This document shows, in pieces, positions 30,052 to 39,521 of a stretch of 64,000 nt of DNA. Below the pieces are notes generated by a model, which had not been told where the DNA came from, ran no database searches, and saw only the letters and a program-made list of their open reading frames with translations. A program made the position numbers and the translations under genes. The stretch's first letter is position 1. Every line of letters starts with the position of its first letter. The DNA comes from Fidelibacterota bacterium (GTDB taxonomy: Bacteria > Fidelibacterota > Marinisomatia > Marinisomatales > Marinisomataceae): assembly GCA_016777965.1 (NCBI GenBank), contig JADHQL010000003.1, positions 5,596 to 69,595 on the forward strand, written 5' to 3'.

Positions 30052-31631
30052 TTAAAAACCAAAATTTCAAACGAAATTCACACATTGACGATTTGATTAA
30101 AGATGCCGTCAATAATAATGAAGGCGCAATTGGTCTTAATGGTGCTTTAATGGTTGATACCGGGGAATTTTCAGGTAGACTTCCTAATGATAAGTTTATT
30201 GTGGATGAAGACTCTTCAACTAAAAAAATCTGGTGGGGAGAAGTTAATCAAAAGCTATCTGAAGAAAATTTTGACTATCTTTTGAATAAAGTTTTAGATA
30301 CTTATGAAAGTTTACCATCGAGTTATTATGTTTTTGATGGATTTGCTGGTGATGATATAGACAATTCATTGAATGTTAGAATGATAACAAAGAAAGCCTG
30401 GCAATCACTATTTGTAAATAACATGTTCATTCGTCCAACAAAGGAAGAATTGATTGATTTTAATCCTGATTTTACAATTATCAATGCCTATGATGTAAAA
30501 GAAGAAAATTGGAAAGATTACGGACTAAATTCAGAAAATTTTATTGTCTTTAACATAAAGAAAAAGATTGCAATTATAGGTGGTACAGAATATGCTGGAG
30601 AAATGAAAAAAGGAATTTTTTCAATGATGCATTATTACCTACCATTGAAAAATGTTTTATCAATGCATTGCTCTGCAAACGTATCTGATTCTCAAGATCA
30701 GTCAACTGTCTTTTTTGGTCTTTCAGGCACAGGTAAAACAACGCTTAGTACCAATTCCAATCGCCCTTTGATTGGTGACGATGAACACGGATGGTCAGAC
30801 AATGGGATATTTAATTTTGAAGGTGGATGTTATGCAAAGGCTATTAATCTTGATAAAGATAAAGAGCCAGAAATTTATAATGCAATTAATCACGGAACTC
30901 TTTTAGAAAATGTTGTTTATGACTTAGAAACTAAAGAAGTCAATTTTGATGATAATACTAAAAGCGAAAATTCTAGAATTTGCTATCCAATTAATTTTGT
31001 AGAGAATTCTTTACGCTCAAAAGGCTTAAAAAGTGCTGGTCCTCATCCAAATTCAATTATATTTCTTACTTGTGATGCGTATGGTATAATGCCACCATTA
31101 GCTAGGATGACAAAAAAACAAGCTATGTATCACTTCATAAGCGGATATACAGCTAAAATGGCTGGAACTGAGAAAGGTATTCAAGAAGCAGTTGCTACAT
31201 TTTCACCATGTTACGGAGGACCCTTTTTAACATTGCATCCTCTAGTGTATGCTGAATTATTGGAGCAAAAACTAAATGATTACGATTCTTCAGTTTATTT
31301 AGTCAATACTGGATGGTCAGGATCTCGTGCATCAAGCGAATCTTCAAGAATAGATTTAAAACTAACAAAACATATTATCAATTTAATTACTGATGGTAGC
31401 TTAAACTTTAGTAAATCAGTATTTGATAAGTTTTTTAATTTAGAAATACCACTAAACGTTGATGGTCTAGAAAATGATTTCTTGGTACCTCATTTTAGTT
31501 GGGATAATTTAGAAGAATATTTTTCAACCGGTAATATGCTTTCAAGACTTTTCAATAATAATTTTGAAAAATTTAAAATTCAAGATTCAGATATTCTAGC
31601 AGCCGGTCCAAAAACTGATTTAAGTGCTTAA
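30048..31631 (+). CDS. pckA: phosphoenolpyruvate carboxykinase (ATP)
   Basis: YAGEMKK, FFGLSGTGKTTLS, IGDDEHGW, NFEGGCYAK. Confidence 0.97.
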   Translation: MIKNQNFKRNSHIDDLIKDAVNNNEGAIGLNGALMVDTGEFSGRLPNDKFIVDEDSSTKKIWWGEVNQKLSEENFDYLLNKVLDTYESLPSSYYVFDGFAGDDIDNSLNVRMITKKAWQSLFVNNMFIRPTKEELIDFNPDFTIINAYDVKEENWKDYGLNSENFIVFNIKKKIAIIGGTEYAGEMKKGIFSMMHYYLPLKNVLSMHCSANVSDSQDQSTVFFGLSGTGKTTLSTNSNRPLIGDDEHGWSDNGIFNFEGGCYAKAINLDKDKEPEIYNAINHGTLLENVVYDLETKEVNFDDNTKSENSRICYPINFVENSLRSKGLKSAGPHPNSIIFLTCDAYGIMPPLARMTKKQAMYHFISGYTAKMAGTEKGIQEAVATFSPCYGGPFLTLHPLVYAELLEQKLNDYDSSVYLVNTGWSGSRASSESSRIDLKLTKHIINLITDGSLNFSKSVFDKFFNLEIPLNVDGLENDFLVPHFSWDNLEEYFSTGNMLSRLFNNNFEKFKIQDSDILAAGPKTDLSA

Positions 31632-31651
31632 ATCAAATTAAACTATACTAT

Positions 31652-31680
31652 TTGAAATGTACATTTTACAAATGTAAATT
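31652..31680 (+). promoter_or_regulatory. putative promoter TTGAAA-17-TAAATT for greA with overlapping palindromes
   Basis: Hexamers with 17-nt spacer; AAATGTACATTT palindrome at 31655-31666. Confidence 0.5.
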
Positions 31681-31707
31681 GGTTTTTATTTTAAAAAGGG
31701 TACTAAA

Positions 31708-32190
31708 ATGGCAACTTTAATTTTAAGAGAAACACACATTGCTTTAGAGCAAGAAATTAAGTCACTCGAAAAGCTTAAAAGAGAAACTTCAGAAAAAATT
31801 AGTGAAGCAGCAGATCATGGCGATTTAAAAGAAAATGCTGAATACCATGCAGCCAGAGAAAAACAAAGCTTAATAGTTTATAAAATTCAACTTATGCAAT
31901 CTCATGCTCCTTTTAGAATAATTGAACATAGTGATATTAATACTGATCAAGTTGGATTTGGGAATAAAGTTTCTATTCATGAAGAAGGTAAAGACAAGCC
32001 AGAAGATTACTATATTTTAGGGCCAATTGAAGAGGAATTAGACTTATACCCATTTATTGTTACTTATCATTCTCCTTTTGGAAGATCGGTTGCAGGTAAA
32101 AAAGTTGGAGAAGACTTTATACTTGAAATCAAAGGGGAAGACGTAAAGTTTACCATTACTTCAATTGATAAGATTGAATCGAAAAAATAA
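31708..32190 (+). CDS. greA: transcription elongation factor GreA family
   Basis: HGDLKENAEYHAAREKQ, SPFG..GKKVGE. Confidence 0.9.
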   Translation: MATLILRETHIALEQEIKSLEKLKRETSEKISEAADHGDLKENAEYHAAREKQSLIVYKIQLMQSHAPFRIIEHSDINTDQVGFGNKVSIHEEGKDKPEDYYILGPIEEELDLYPFIVTYHSPFGRSVAGKKVGEDFILEIKGEDVKFTITSIDKIESKK

Positions 32191-32192
32191 TT

Positions 32193-33287
32193 TTATTTTC
32201 TAGCGTTAAGCATAAGATAAATTCCTATACTAATAAATACAAAGTTAGACATCCAAGCTCCTAAAAATGGTGAAAGCACACCTCCATAAGCCAGCGATTG
32301 ACCAAATTTTAAAAGAATTATGTATGAAAAAATTGTAGCCAAGCTTAATCCTCCTCCAAAAGCTAAAGTAGTATTTGAACGATAAACTGATAGAGGAATT
32401 CCACAAAATATTACTATAATTGAGATAAAGGAATATGCAATTTTATAATTTAGGTCAACTTCCCATTTGAGAGTATTTACGCCATTATTCTTCAAAGATT
32501 GTATTTGATGTTTTAATTCTAAATATGACACTTCCTCTGAAGAGCTTGCAGTATTTATTATATCGATTGGTGAAAAGTTCAAAGTAATTAATGAATCATT
32601 TTTTGAGATAATTACATTTTTTTCTAAACCATCCCTGTCGAAATCTCTTATTGAAAAATCCTTTAGATTCCATTGATTTAATTCAGTATTCCAAATTGCT
32701 TTTTTCGAATCAATTCTTTTTAATAGCATTCCATCTTCTACTTCAAGAAAATTCAAATTTACAACAACATTGTTATTACTATTAAACCTCTCTAATGCTA
32801 TTAAGTCTTTTTGGTTCTTTTGAAAATAAACATTTTCAAATACACTTTTATTTTTTGCTCTACTTTTATTTTTTGACATATATGTACTTTTTATTTCATT
32901 CTTAGTCTTGTTATTATCTATTACTATCGAGTTATCGAAATAAAAAGATCCAATGCTCAATAGCAATCCAAGAAAAAGTACTGGTGTAGAAAGTCTGTAT
33001 AGACTTAGTCCTGAAGACTTAAATACTAGCCATTCTTTTCTCTGAATCATCATTCCATATGTAAATACAGAAGAAACAAGACATGATACAGGAATAGTTA
33101 CGCTGACCATTGATGGAAGCGATGCCTTATAATAGTCAAACAAAATATTTGCTGAGACTTCATTATCAATAAAACGGTTTAAATTTTCAAAGACATCTAC
33201 AATCAATGAAATCAAAGTAAAAAAGATAGAAACTATAATAAAAGTTGTTAAAAATTCTCTGAGAATATATAAGTCAATTTTTTTCAT
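32193..33287 (-). CDS. LptF/LptG family LPS export permease
   Basis: IDLYILREF, E....KSSGLSLYRL, periplasmic beta domain, AWMSN. Confidence 0.9.
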   Translation of the reverse strand: MKKIDLYILREFLTTFIIVSIFFTLISLIVDVFENLNRFIDNEVSANILFDYYKASLPSMVSVTIPVSCLVSSVFTYGMMIQRKEWLVFKSSGLSLYRLSTPVLFLGLLLSIGSFYFDNSIVIDNNKTKNEIKSTYMSKNKSRAKNKSVFENVYFQKNQKDLIALERFNSNNNVVVNLNFLEVEDGMLLKRIDSKKAIWNTELNQWNLKDFSIRDFDRDGLEKNVIISKNDSLITLNFSPIDIINTASSSEEVSYLELKHQIQSLKNNGVNTLKWEVDLNYKIAYSFISIIVIFCGIPLSVYRSNTTLAFGGGLSLATIFSYIILLKFGQSLAYGGVLSPFLGAWMSNFVFISIGIYLMLNARK

Positions 33288-33308
33288 TATATTGTAACTT
33301 ACTTAATC

Positions 33309-34676
33309 ATGGATATAATTAATAATTTTTTTGCAGAGTTATCAAATTTCTTATGGGGAAATTTTGGAGTAGCAAATTTAGTTATTGGAGGAGGAGTCTT
33401 TTTCCTTATTTATTCAAGACTAACTCCATTTAGATATTTTAAACATGCATTTGAGATTTTACTAGGTAAACATGATGATCCAGATGACAAAGGTCAAATT
33501 TCACACTTTCAAGCTCTTTCTACAGCTCTATCAAGTACGGTTGGTATTGGAAACATAGCTGGAGTCGCCGTAGCAATATCATTGGGAGGTCCTGGAGCAT
33601 TATTTTGGATGTGGATTAGTGCTATTGTTGGAATGGCAACAAAATTCTTTACCTGCTCCTTAGGTATAATGTACAGAGGTTATGATTCAGATAATGTTTT
33701 ACAGGGAGGACCAATGTATGTTATTGAACAAGGAATGGGGAAAAAATTTAAATTTCTATCTTATTGGTTCAGCATTGCTGGATTAGTGGGATGTTTATCA
33801 TTACTTCAAGCTAATCAATTGACTCAAATTATGTCAGACTATGTTGTAAAATCACTCAATATTGAACAGTCATTTAATTTAAATTTAATCATTGGGATAA
33901 TTATCGCTATCATAGTATCCTCAGTAATTTTCGGTGGTTTGAGCAGAATAGCTGAAGTTGCATCAAAAATAGTACCACTCATGGTCATTGTTTATTTATT
34001 GGCCGGTTTATTTATTGTTTTATCAAATGCTTCTTTAATTCCTGCTATTTTTTCAAATATTTTTACAAGTGCATTCAATGGAAGCTCAGTTGCTGGCGGT
34101 TTTGCTGGAACTGCAATAGTTATTAGTCAAGGTTTTAGAAGAGCTGCATTTTCAAATGAAGCTGGAATGGGAACAGAGGTTATGGCTATCGGAGCATCTA
34201 AAAATAATCAGCCAATCAAATCTGGTCTAGTTGCAATGATTGGACCGTTAATTGATACAATTATAGTTTGCACAATTACTGGATTAGTTATTCTGCTTTC
34301 AAGTGAATGGATAGAGGGAACATACTCTGGAGTTTCTTTGACTCAAAAATCTTTCTCAAATTATCTTGGTTTAGCTGGAGACTATATTCTTATTTTTTCG
34401 GTAGCAACATTTACTTTATCTACTATGTTTGGATATTCTTATTATGGCTGCAAATGTGCATCATATCTATTTGGTGCTAATTCAAAGTTTTATTATAGAA
34501 TATTTTATGTTTTAACATTAGTCTTAGGCTCTGTTTTATCACTAGATCTAGCAGTTAATATAGTTGACGCAATGTTTGCCTTAATGGCTTTCCCTACGAT
34601 GATTTCAGCATTATATTTAGCACCTAATATAAAAAAAGAAGCAAATAGATACTTTACTTCAATAAAGGATAATTAA
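33309..34676 (+). CDS. alanine/glycine:cation symporter (AGCS)
   Basis: TVGIGNIAGVA, GGPGALFWMW, GGPMY, FSNEAGMG. Confidence 0.96.
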   Translation: MDIINNFFAELSNFLWGNFGVANLVIGGGVFFLIYSRLTPFRYFKHAFEILLGKHDDPDDKGQISHFQALSTALSSTVGIGNIAGVAVAISLGGPGALFWMWISAIVGMATKFFTCSLGIMYRGYDSDNVLQGGPMYVIEQGMGKKFKFLSYWFSIAGLVGCLSLLQANQLTQIMSDYVVKSLNIEQSFNLNLIIGIIIAIIVSSVIFGGLSRIAEVASKIVPLMVIVYLLAGLFIVLSNASLIPAIFSNIFTSAFNGSSVAGGFAGTAIVISQGFRRAAFSNEAGMGTEVMAIGASKNNQPIKSGLVAMIGPLIDTIIVCTITGLVILLSSEWIEGTYSGVSLTQKSFSNYLGLAGDYILIFSVATFTLSTMFGYSYYGCKCASYLFGANSKFYYRIFYVLTLVLGSVLSLDLAVNIVDAMFALMAFPTMISALYLAPNIKKEANRYFTSIKDN

Positions 34677-35419
34677 TGAAAAATATATTTATTTTTGATA
34701 TGGATGGAACTTTAACTCCTTCAAGAAGAGAAATGACAAAAGATTTTGAAGTGTTTTATAGTAATTGGGCTGAAAATCATACTTTTTTCTTAGTAAGTGG
34801 AAGTAATCTTGAGAAGATTAAAGAGCAGGTCCCTGAATACATATTAAATTTATCGGAAGGAGTTTTTACTTGCGGAGGAAATCAACTTTGGCTGAATGGA
34901 GAGCTTTCCTATAATCACGAATTTAAGCCAGAAAATGATTTAATACATTTCCTTGAAGAAAAACTAAAAGAAAGCCCTTATGATTTAAGAGCAGGTAATC
35001 ATATTGAAGATAGAGGTTCCATGCTAAATTTCAGCGTTGTAGGTAGAGATTGTTCATTAGAACAAAGATTACATTATTTTGAATATGATTGTGAATCAAA
35101 CGAAAGAAATAATATTGCTGAAGAGATTATGATGAAATGGGATAATCTAGATGCAGTAATCGGCGGTCAGATATCCATTGATATTACTCCAAAAGGTATG
35201 AATAAATCTCAAGTATTAGGAGAGGTAAAAAAGTTTTTTCCAAACGAAAAATATATTTTTATTGGTGATAGAACTATGGAAGGTGGTAACGATTATCCAT
35301 TAGCAAAGATTATGCACAATCAAGAAAATTGTCTTGTTTTTCAAGCTGGAGCACCTTCAGCTGAAGATGGATATAAAGATACCCAAAAGATTTTAGAAGA
35401 ATTAGATAATAATGGATAA
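34676..35419 (+). CDS. eukaryote-type phosphomannomutase-like HAD-IIB enzyme
   Basis: FDMDGTLT, IEDRGSMLNFSVVGR, GGQISIDI.PKG..K, FIGDRTMEGGNDY. Confidence 0.85.
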   Translation: MKNIFIFDMDGTLTPSRREMTKDFEVFYSNWAENHTFFLVSGSNLEKIKEQVPEYILNLSEGVFTCGGNQLWLNGELSYNHEFKPENDLIHFLEEKLKESPYDLRAGNHIEDRGSMLNFSVVGRDCSLEQRLHYFEYDCESNERNNIAEEIMMKWDNLDAVIGGQISIDITPKGMNKSQVLGEVKKFFPNEKYIFIGDRTMEGGNDYPLAKIMHNQENCLVFQAGAPSAEDGYKDTQKILEELDNNG

Positions 35420-36368
35420 ACTAAATGATTTAAAAAATGATTTTCTAAATGAATTTTCTAAGATTCAAGATTTAGAAGGTCCATCTTATCTCTATGATCC
35501 AATAAAATACTTTGTAAAATCACCAGGAAAATGTTTAAGACCAGTTGTGGTATTATTTCTTGGAGAACTTTTTAAAAATTCTAAAGAAGATTCTACAAAT
35601 GGAGCATTAGGTGTCGAACTTCTCCATAATTTCACTCTTGTTCATGATGATATTATGGATGAGGACGATTTAAGACATAATGTAGCCACTATTCACGAAA
35701 AATGGGATAATGCTCATGCTGTTCTTTCTGGAGATGGCTTAGGAGCGCTTGGACCACTGTTCATTGGAAAAATTAAAAAAAACACTTTAGCTATTTTAAT
35801 AAGATATAATGAGGTCATTTTAGAAATATGTGAAGGTCAAGCTTACGACATGGAGTTTGAAAATAAGGAAGTTGTAAGTGTATCTGATTATTTATTAATG
35901 AGTGCAAAAAAAACCGGATCATTGTTTGAATTATGTTTTGAAATTGCTTCTCTTATCAGCGATAAATATGAAAAAAATGTTAATGAATTAAAAAAACTTG
36001 GAAGAAACTTGGGAGTGATTTTTCAAATTCAGGATGATATTCTTGAGCTTGAAACAGACAGCGAAAATATGGGTAAGGGTACTTTTTCAGACATAGAAAG
36101 AAATAAGAAAACAATTTTAACATGCTTTGCTATGGAAAAAAACTTAAGCGAATGGAAAAAGTTAATTGAATCTACTAATCACGAAAATATTTCAAGTAAG
36201 AAAAAATCAATTTATGATTTTTTTATTAAAAATAATCTAAAGGAAGAATCTGATAAGCTTTTGGTAGATTATATTAATCAATGTAATGATATAATTAATG
36301 AACTTCCTAATGAGATTCAGGATGGTTTAAATGAGTTAATTAGCTATATTATTAAAAGAAATAAATGA
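35412..36368 (+). CDS. trans-polyprenyl diphosphate synthase (GGPP/FPP synthase-like)
   Basis: GKCLRP, HNFTLVHDDIMD, EGQAYD, KTG, FQIQDD. Confidence 0.92.
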   Translation: MDKLNDLKNDFLNEFSKIQDLEGPSYLYDPIKYFVKSPGKCLRPVVVLFLGELFKNSKEDSTNGALGVELLHNFTLVHDDIMDEDDLRHNVATIHEKWDNAHAVLSGDGLGALGPLFIGKIKKNTLAILIRYNEVILEICEGQAYDMEFENKEVVSVSDYLLMSAKKTGSLFELCFEIASLISDKYEKNVNELKKLGRNLGVIFQIQDDILELETDSENMGKGTFSDIERNKKTILTCFAMEKNLSEWKKLIESTNHENISSKKKSIYDFFIKNNLKEESDKLLVDYINQCNDIINELPNEIQDGLNELISYIIKRNK

Positions 36369-37321
36369 TTGAGCACATTCAAAACTTTCCAAAACATATC
36401 CAGGATTCTTTAAAAAATATTAAAGAAGATAATTTAAATCTTGAAGAGGTAGGTAAAGTAGTAATTGCTGGTATGGGAGGTTCTGCTATTGCTGGACTAA
36501 TTTTAAAAGATTTATTTCCTGAAATGGAAATAGTTGTTGAAAGAAACTATTTTCCAAATACTCCAATAGATGAATATACCTTAGTCATTATATGCTCTTA
36601 TTCAGGCAACACTGAAGAAACTTTATCCTATTACGATTACGCTGTAAGATTAACTGATCACGCACTAGTTGTTACAACTGGAGGAGAGTTGCTTAAAAAA
36701 GCTAAGTCTGACAATATTAAATTTCATTTATTACCTAAAGGATATCCACCTAGATCAGCTTTAGGATTTGCATTAACATTTCTTATATCTCTTTTTGATA
36801 AGGAAGGAGTTTCTAATATAGATTTTGAGTGCCTTGAATCATTCGCAGAAGAATCATCTACTAAAAAGTCTGAAGTATATGCTTTAGCAAAAAAAATTCA
36901 TAAGACTATGCCAATAATTGTTACGGAAGAGGACCTTTCATCAATTGGATTTCGTTTGAAGTCTCAACTTAATGAAAATAGTAAGATGTTATCATATAAT
37001 ATTACTATCCCAGAAATGAATCATAATGAGATTATAGGCTGGGAAAATAATAATATAGATAAAAAAACTTTTTCGATGATTTGGATTCATATAGGGTGGC
37101 CGAAAAATCTTGAGCGAATGAAAATCACAAATGAAATTTTATCAAAAAAAGTCTCCCATGTTGCTCATATATCAGTACCTGATAAGGTGCCAAAAAATCT
37201 AACATCATTATTTTTCTTAATAAACTATATTGATTGGCTCAGTTACTGGTGTGGTGTTCTAAATGATGTTGATATTGATGCTGTAAAATCAATTGATTTG
37301 CTTAAGAAGAAAATTTCTTAA
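36365..37321 (+). CDS. bifunctional phosphoglucose/phosphomannose isomerase (SIS, archaeal-type)
   Basis: GMGGSAIAG, SYSGNTEET, PPRSA, QLNENSK, PEMNHNEI. Confidence 0.92.
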   Translation: MIEHIQNFPKHIQDSLKNIKEDNLNLEEVGKVVIAGMGGSAIAGLILKDLFPEMEIVVERNYFPNTPIDEYTLVIICSYSGNTEETLSYYDYAVRLTDHALVVTTGGELLKKAKSDNIKFHLLPKGYPPRSALGFALTFLISLFDKEGVSNIDFECLESFAEESSTKKSEVYALAKKIHKTMPIIVTEEDLSSIGFRLKSQLNENSKMLSYNITIPEMNHNEIIGWENNNIDKKTFSMIWIHIGWPKNLERMKITNEILSKKVSHVAHISVPDKVPKNLTSLFFLINYIDWLSYWCGVLNDVDIDAVKSIDLLKKKIS

Positions 37322-38528
37322 AAATCACAACTGAGTTATGTCCACCAAACCCAAATGAATTGCTCATAGAAATATTTATATCCTTTTTAAATGCTTCATT
37401 TGGAGTATAGTCTAGATCGCACTCAGGGTCAGGATTGTTGTAATTGATGGTTGGTGGAATAATACCATTATTTAGAGTATTTATACATGTAATAGCTTCA
37501 ATAGCGCCAGCAGCTCCCAGCAGATGGCCTGTCATAGACTTTGTTGAGCTTATAGATACATTTTTAGCATCCTTGCCAAAAACCTTTTTAATGGCTTGAG
37601 TTTCCAGCATATCGTTAAAATATGTTGATGTTCCGTGAGCATTAATATATCCTACTTCAGATGTATCAATTTCAGCATCATTTAATGCCATAGTTATTGC
37701 GTTTGATGCACCAGTACTTTCATTGTCAGGCTGAGTAATATGAAAAGCATCATTCGTGATTCCATAACCAATAATTTCTCCAATGATATTTGCATCACGT
37801 TTCTTTGCTTTATCATAATCTTCTAACATTAACATTCCTGCACCTTCTGATAAAATAAATCCGTCTCTATCCTTATCAAATGGTTTTGAAGCACCTTGAG
37901 GATTTTCATTATTTTTTGATAAGGCTTTCATATTAGCAAATCCTGAAAGAGTAAGAGGAGTAATACTTCCTTCAGCTCCGCCACAAAGAATAGCTTTGGA
38001 GTATCCATTGGATATTAATCTGTATGCCATCCCAATTGCATCTGTAGCGGAAGAACAGGCAGTAGACATTGAAAAGTTTAAACCATGTAAATTATGTTTG
38101 ATAGCAATTTGCCCTCCAGCTATGTTTGGAATCATTTTTGGAACATAAAATGGTGATACACCACGTTGACCTTTTTTAATTAGTTTTTGATGTTCTTCTT
38201 CAAGTGTATGCATACCTCCAACACCTGTACCAACAATAACTCCAGCATCAGAGGATTTATAATTAGAATTTTGAATTGCTTGTTCAGCTGCTATTAAACC
38301 AAACATTGTAAATCTATCAAGCTTACGAGCCTCCTTAGTTTCAAAGAAATTATTAGGGTCAAAATCTTTAACTTCTCCAGCAATTTTTATTGAAAAGTTT
38401 TCAGTTTCAAAGCTTGAGATGTGATCAACACCAGATTTTCCTTTGACTAAGTTTTCCCATAAAGATTGAGAATTATGACCTAATGGAGAAATAGATCCTT
38501 CTCCAGTGATAACTACTCTTTTTTTCAA
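37302..38528 (-). CDS. fabF: 3-oxoacyl-ACP synthase II
   Basis: TACSS, NAHGTST, KSMTGHLLGAAG, NSFGFGG. Confidence 0.97.
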   Translation of the reverse strand: MKKRVVITGEGSISPLGHNSQSLWENLVKGKSGVDHISSFETENFSIKIAGEVKDFDPNNFFETKEARKLDRFTMFGLIAAEQAIQNSNYKSSDAGVIVGTGVGGMHTLEEEHQKLIKKGQRGVSPFYVPKMIPNIAGGQIAIKHNLHGLNFSMSTACSSATDAIGMAYRLISNGYSKAILCGGAEGSITPLTLSGFANMKALSKNNENPQGASKPFDKDRDGFILSEGAGMLMLEDYDKAKKRDANIIGEIIGYGITNDAFHITQPDNESTGASNAITMALNDAEIDTSEVGYINAHGTSTYFNDMLETQAIKKVFGKDAKNVSISSTKSMTGHLLGAAGAIEAITCINTLNNGIIPPTINYNNPDPECDLDYTPNEAFKKDINISMSNSFGFGGHNSVVIFKKFSS

Positions 38529-38530
38529 AA

Positions 38531-38764
38531 TTATTTTGCGTGGTTATTGATGTATTCTAGCGCAGCACCTACGGTTGTAATTTTTTCTGCATCCTCATCA
38601 GGAATTTCTAAATCAAACTCTTCTTCAAACTCCATAATAAGTTCTACAGTATCTAATGAGTCTGCTCCTAGGTCATCAAGAAAACTTGCCTCAGGCACAA
38701 CTCTTGATTCTTCAACACTAAGTTTGTCTACGATAATATTTGTTACTTTTTCATTTAATGACAT
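38531..38764 (-). CDS. acpP: acyl carrier protein
   Basis: [14 protein letters not shown]; AAGGAG RBS. Confidence 0.98.
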   Translation of the reverse strand: MSLNEKVTNIIVDKLSVEESRVVPEASFLDDLGADSLDTVELIMEFEEEFDLEIPDEDAEKITTVGAALEYINNHAK

Positions 38765-38780
38765 AATTAATATCTCCTTA

Positions 38781-39512
38781 TTAATTTAATGACATTCCAC
38801 CGTCAATATAAAATGTTTGCCCTGTAATATAACTGGCTTCATCGGAACATAAAAATAAAATCATTTGTCCAATATCTTTTGGCTTTCCAAGTTTTTTCAA
38901 AGGAATTCTATCTAAATATCCTTGTTTCACAGTATCAGAAAGGTGAGAAGTCATATCAGTTTCAATTAATCCTGGTGCAATACAATTTACTGTAATGTTT
39001 CTACGACCAACTTCTTTTGCTAGTGACTTTGTTAATGCCAAGAGTCCACCTTTTGATGCAGCATAATTTCCTTGTCCTTTATTACCGTCTGTTCCTGAAA
39101 TAGAAGAAATATTAATAATTCTTCCATTCTTGTTCTTTACCATATCTTTTAAGACTGTTTTGGTTAAATGGAAAGGACCATTAAGATTGACATTCATTAC
39201 TTTATTCCATTCTTCAGATTTCATTCTTAATAGAATATTATCCATATGAATACCAGCATTATTAACAAGAACATCTGCATGGCCAAATTTTAAAATAACG
39301 AATTCATATAGTTTTTGAATTGATTTTTCATCAGAGATATCACAACAAAAAGGGTAAATATTTTTTATGTCTCTGACTGAATCTAAAGATTTTTCACTCG
39401 TAGCAACTGCTACAACATTAAAATTATTTTGAGCAAGAATAAGAGAAATTTCTTTTCCAATTCCTCTTGATCCTCCAGTTACAATTGCTGTTTTTGTTGA
39501 AAAGTTAAGCAT
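38781..39512 (-). CDS. fabG: 3-oxoacyl-ACP reductase
   Basis: [18 protein letters not shown]. Confidence 0.95.
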   Translation of the reverse strand: MLNFSTKTAIVTGGSRGIGKEISLILAQNNFNVVAVATSEKSLDSVRDIKNIYPFCCDISDEKSIQKLYEFVILKFGHADVLVNNAGIHMDNILLRMKSEEWNKVMNVNLNGPFHLTKTVLKDMVKNKNGRIINISSISGTDGNKGQGNYAASKGGLLALTKSLAKEVGRRNITVNCIAPGLIETDMTSHLSDTVKQGYLDRIPLKKLGKPKDIGQMILFLCSDEASYITGQTFYIDGGMSLN

Positions 39513-39521
39513 AAAACAATT

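Noticed and set aside
38547-38789. Ser-rich plus-strand ORF
   Set aside because: Antisense shadow of acpP
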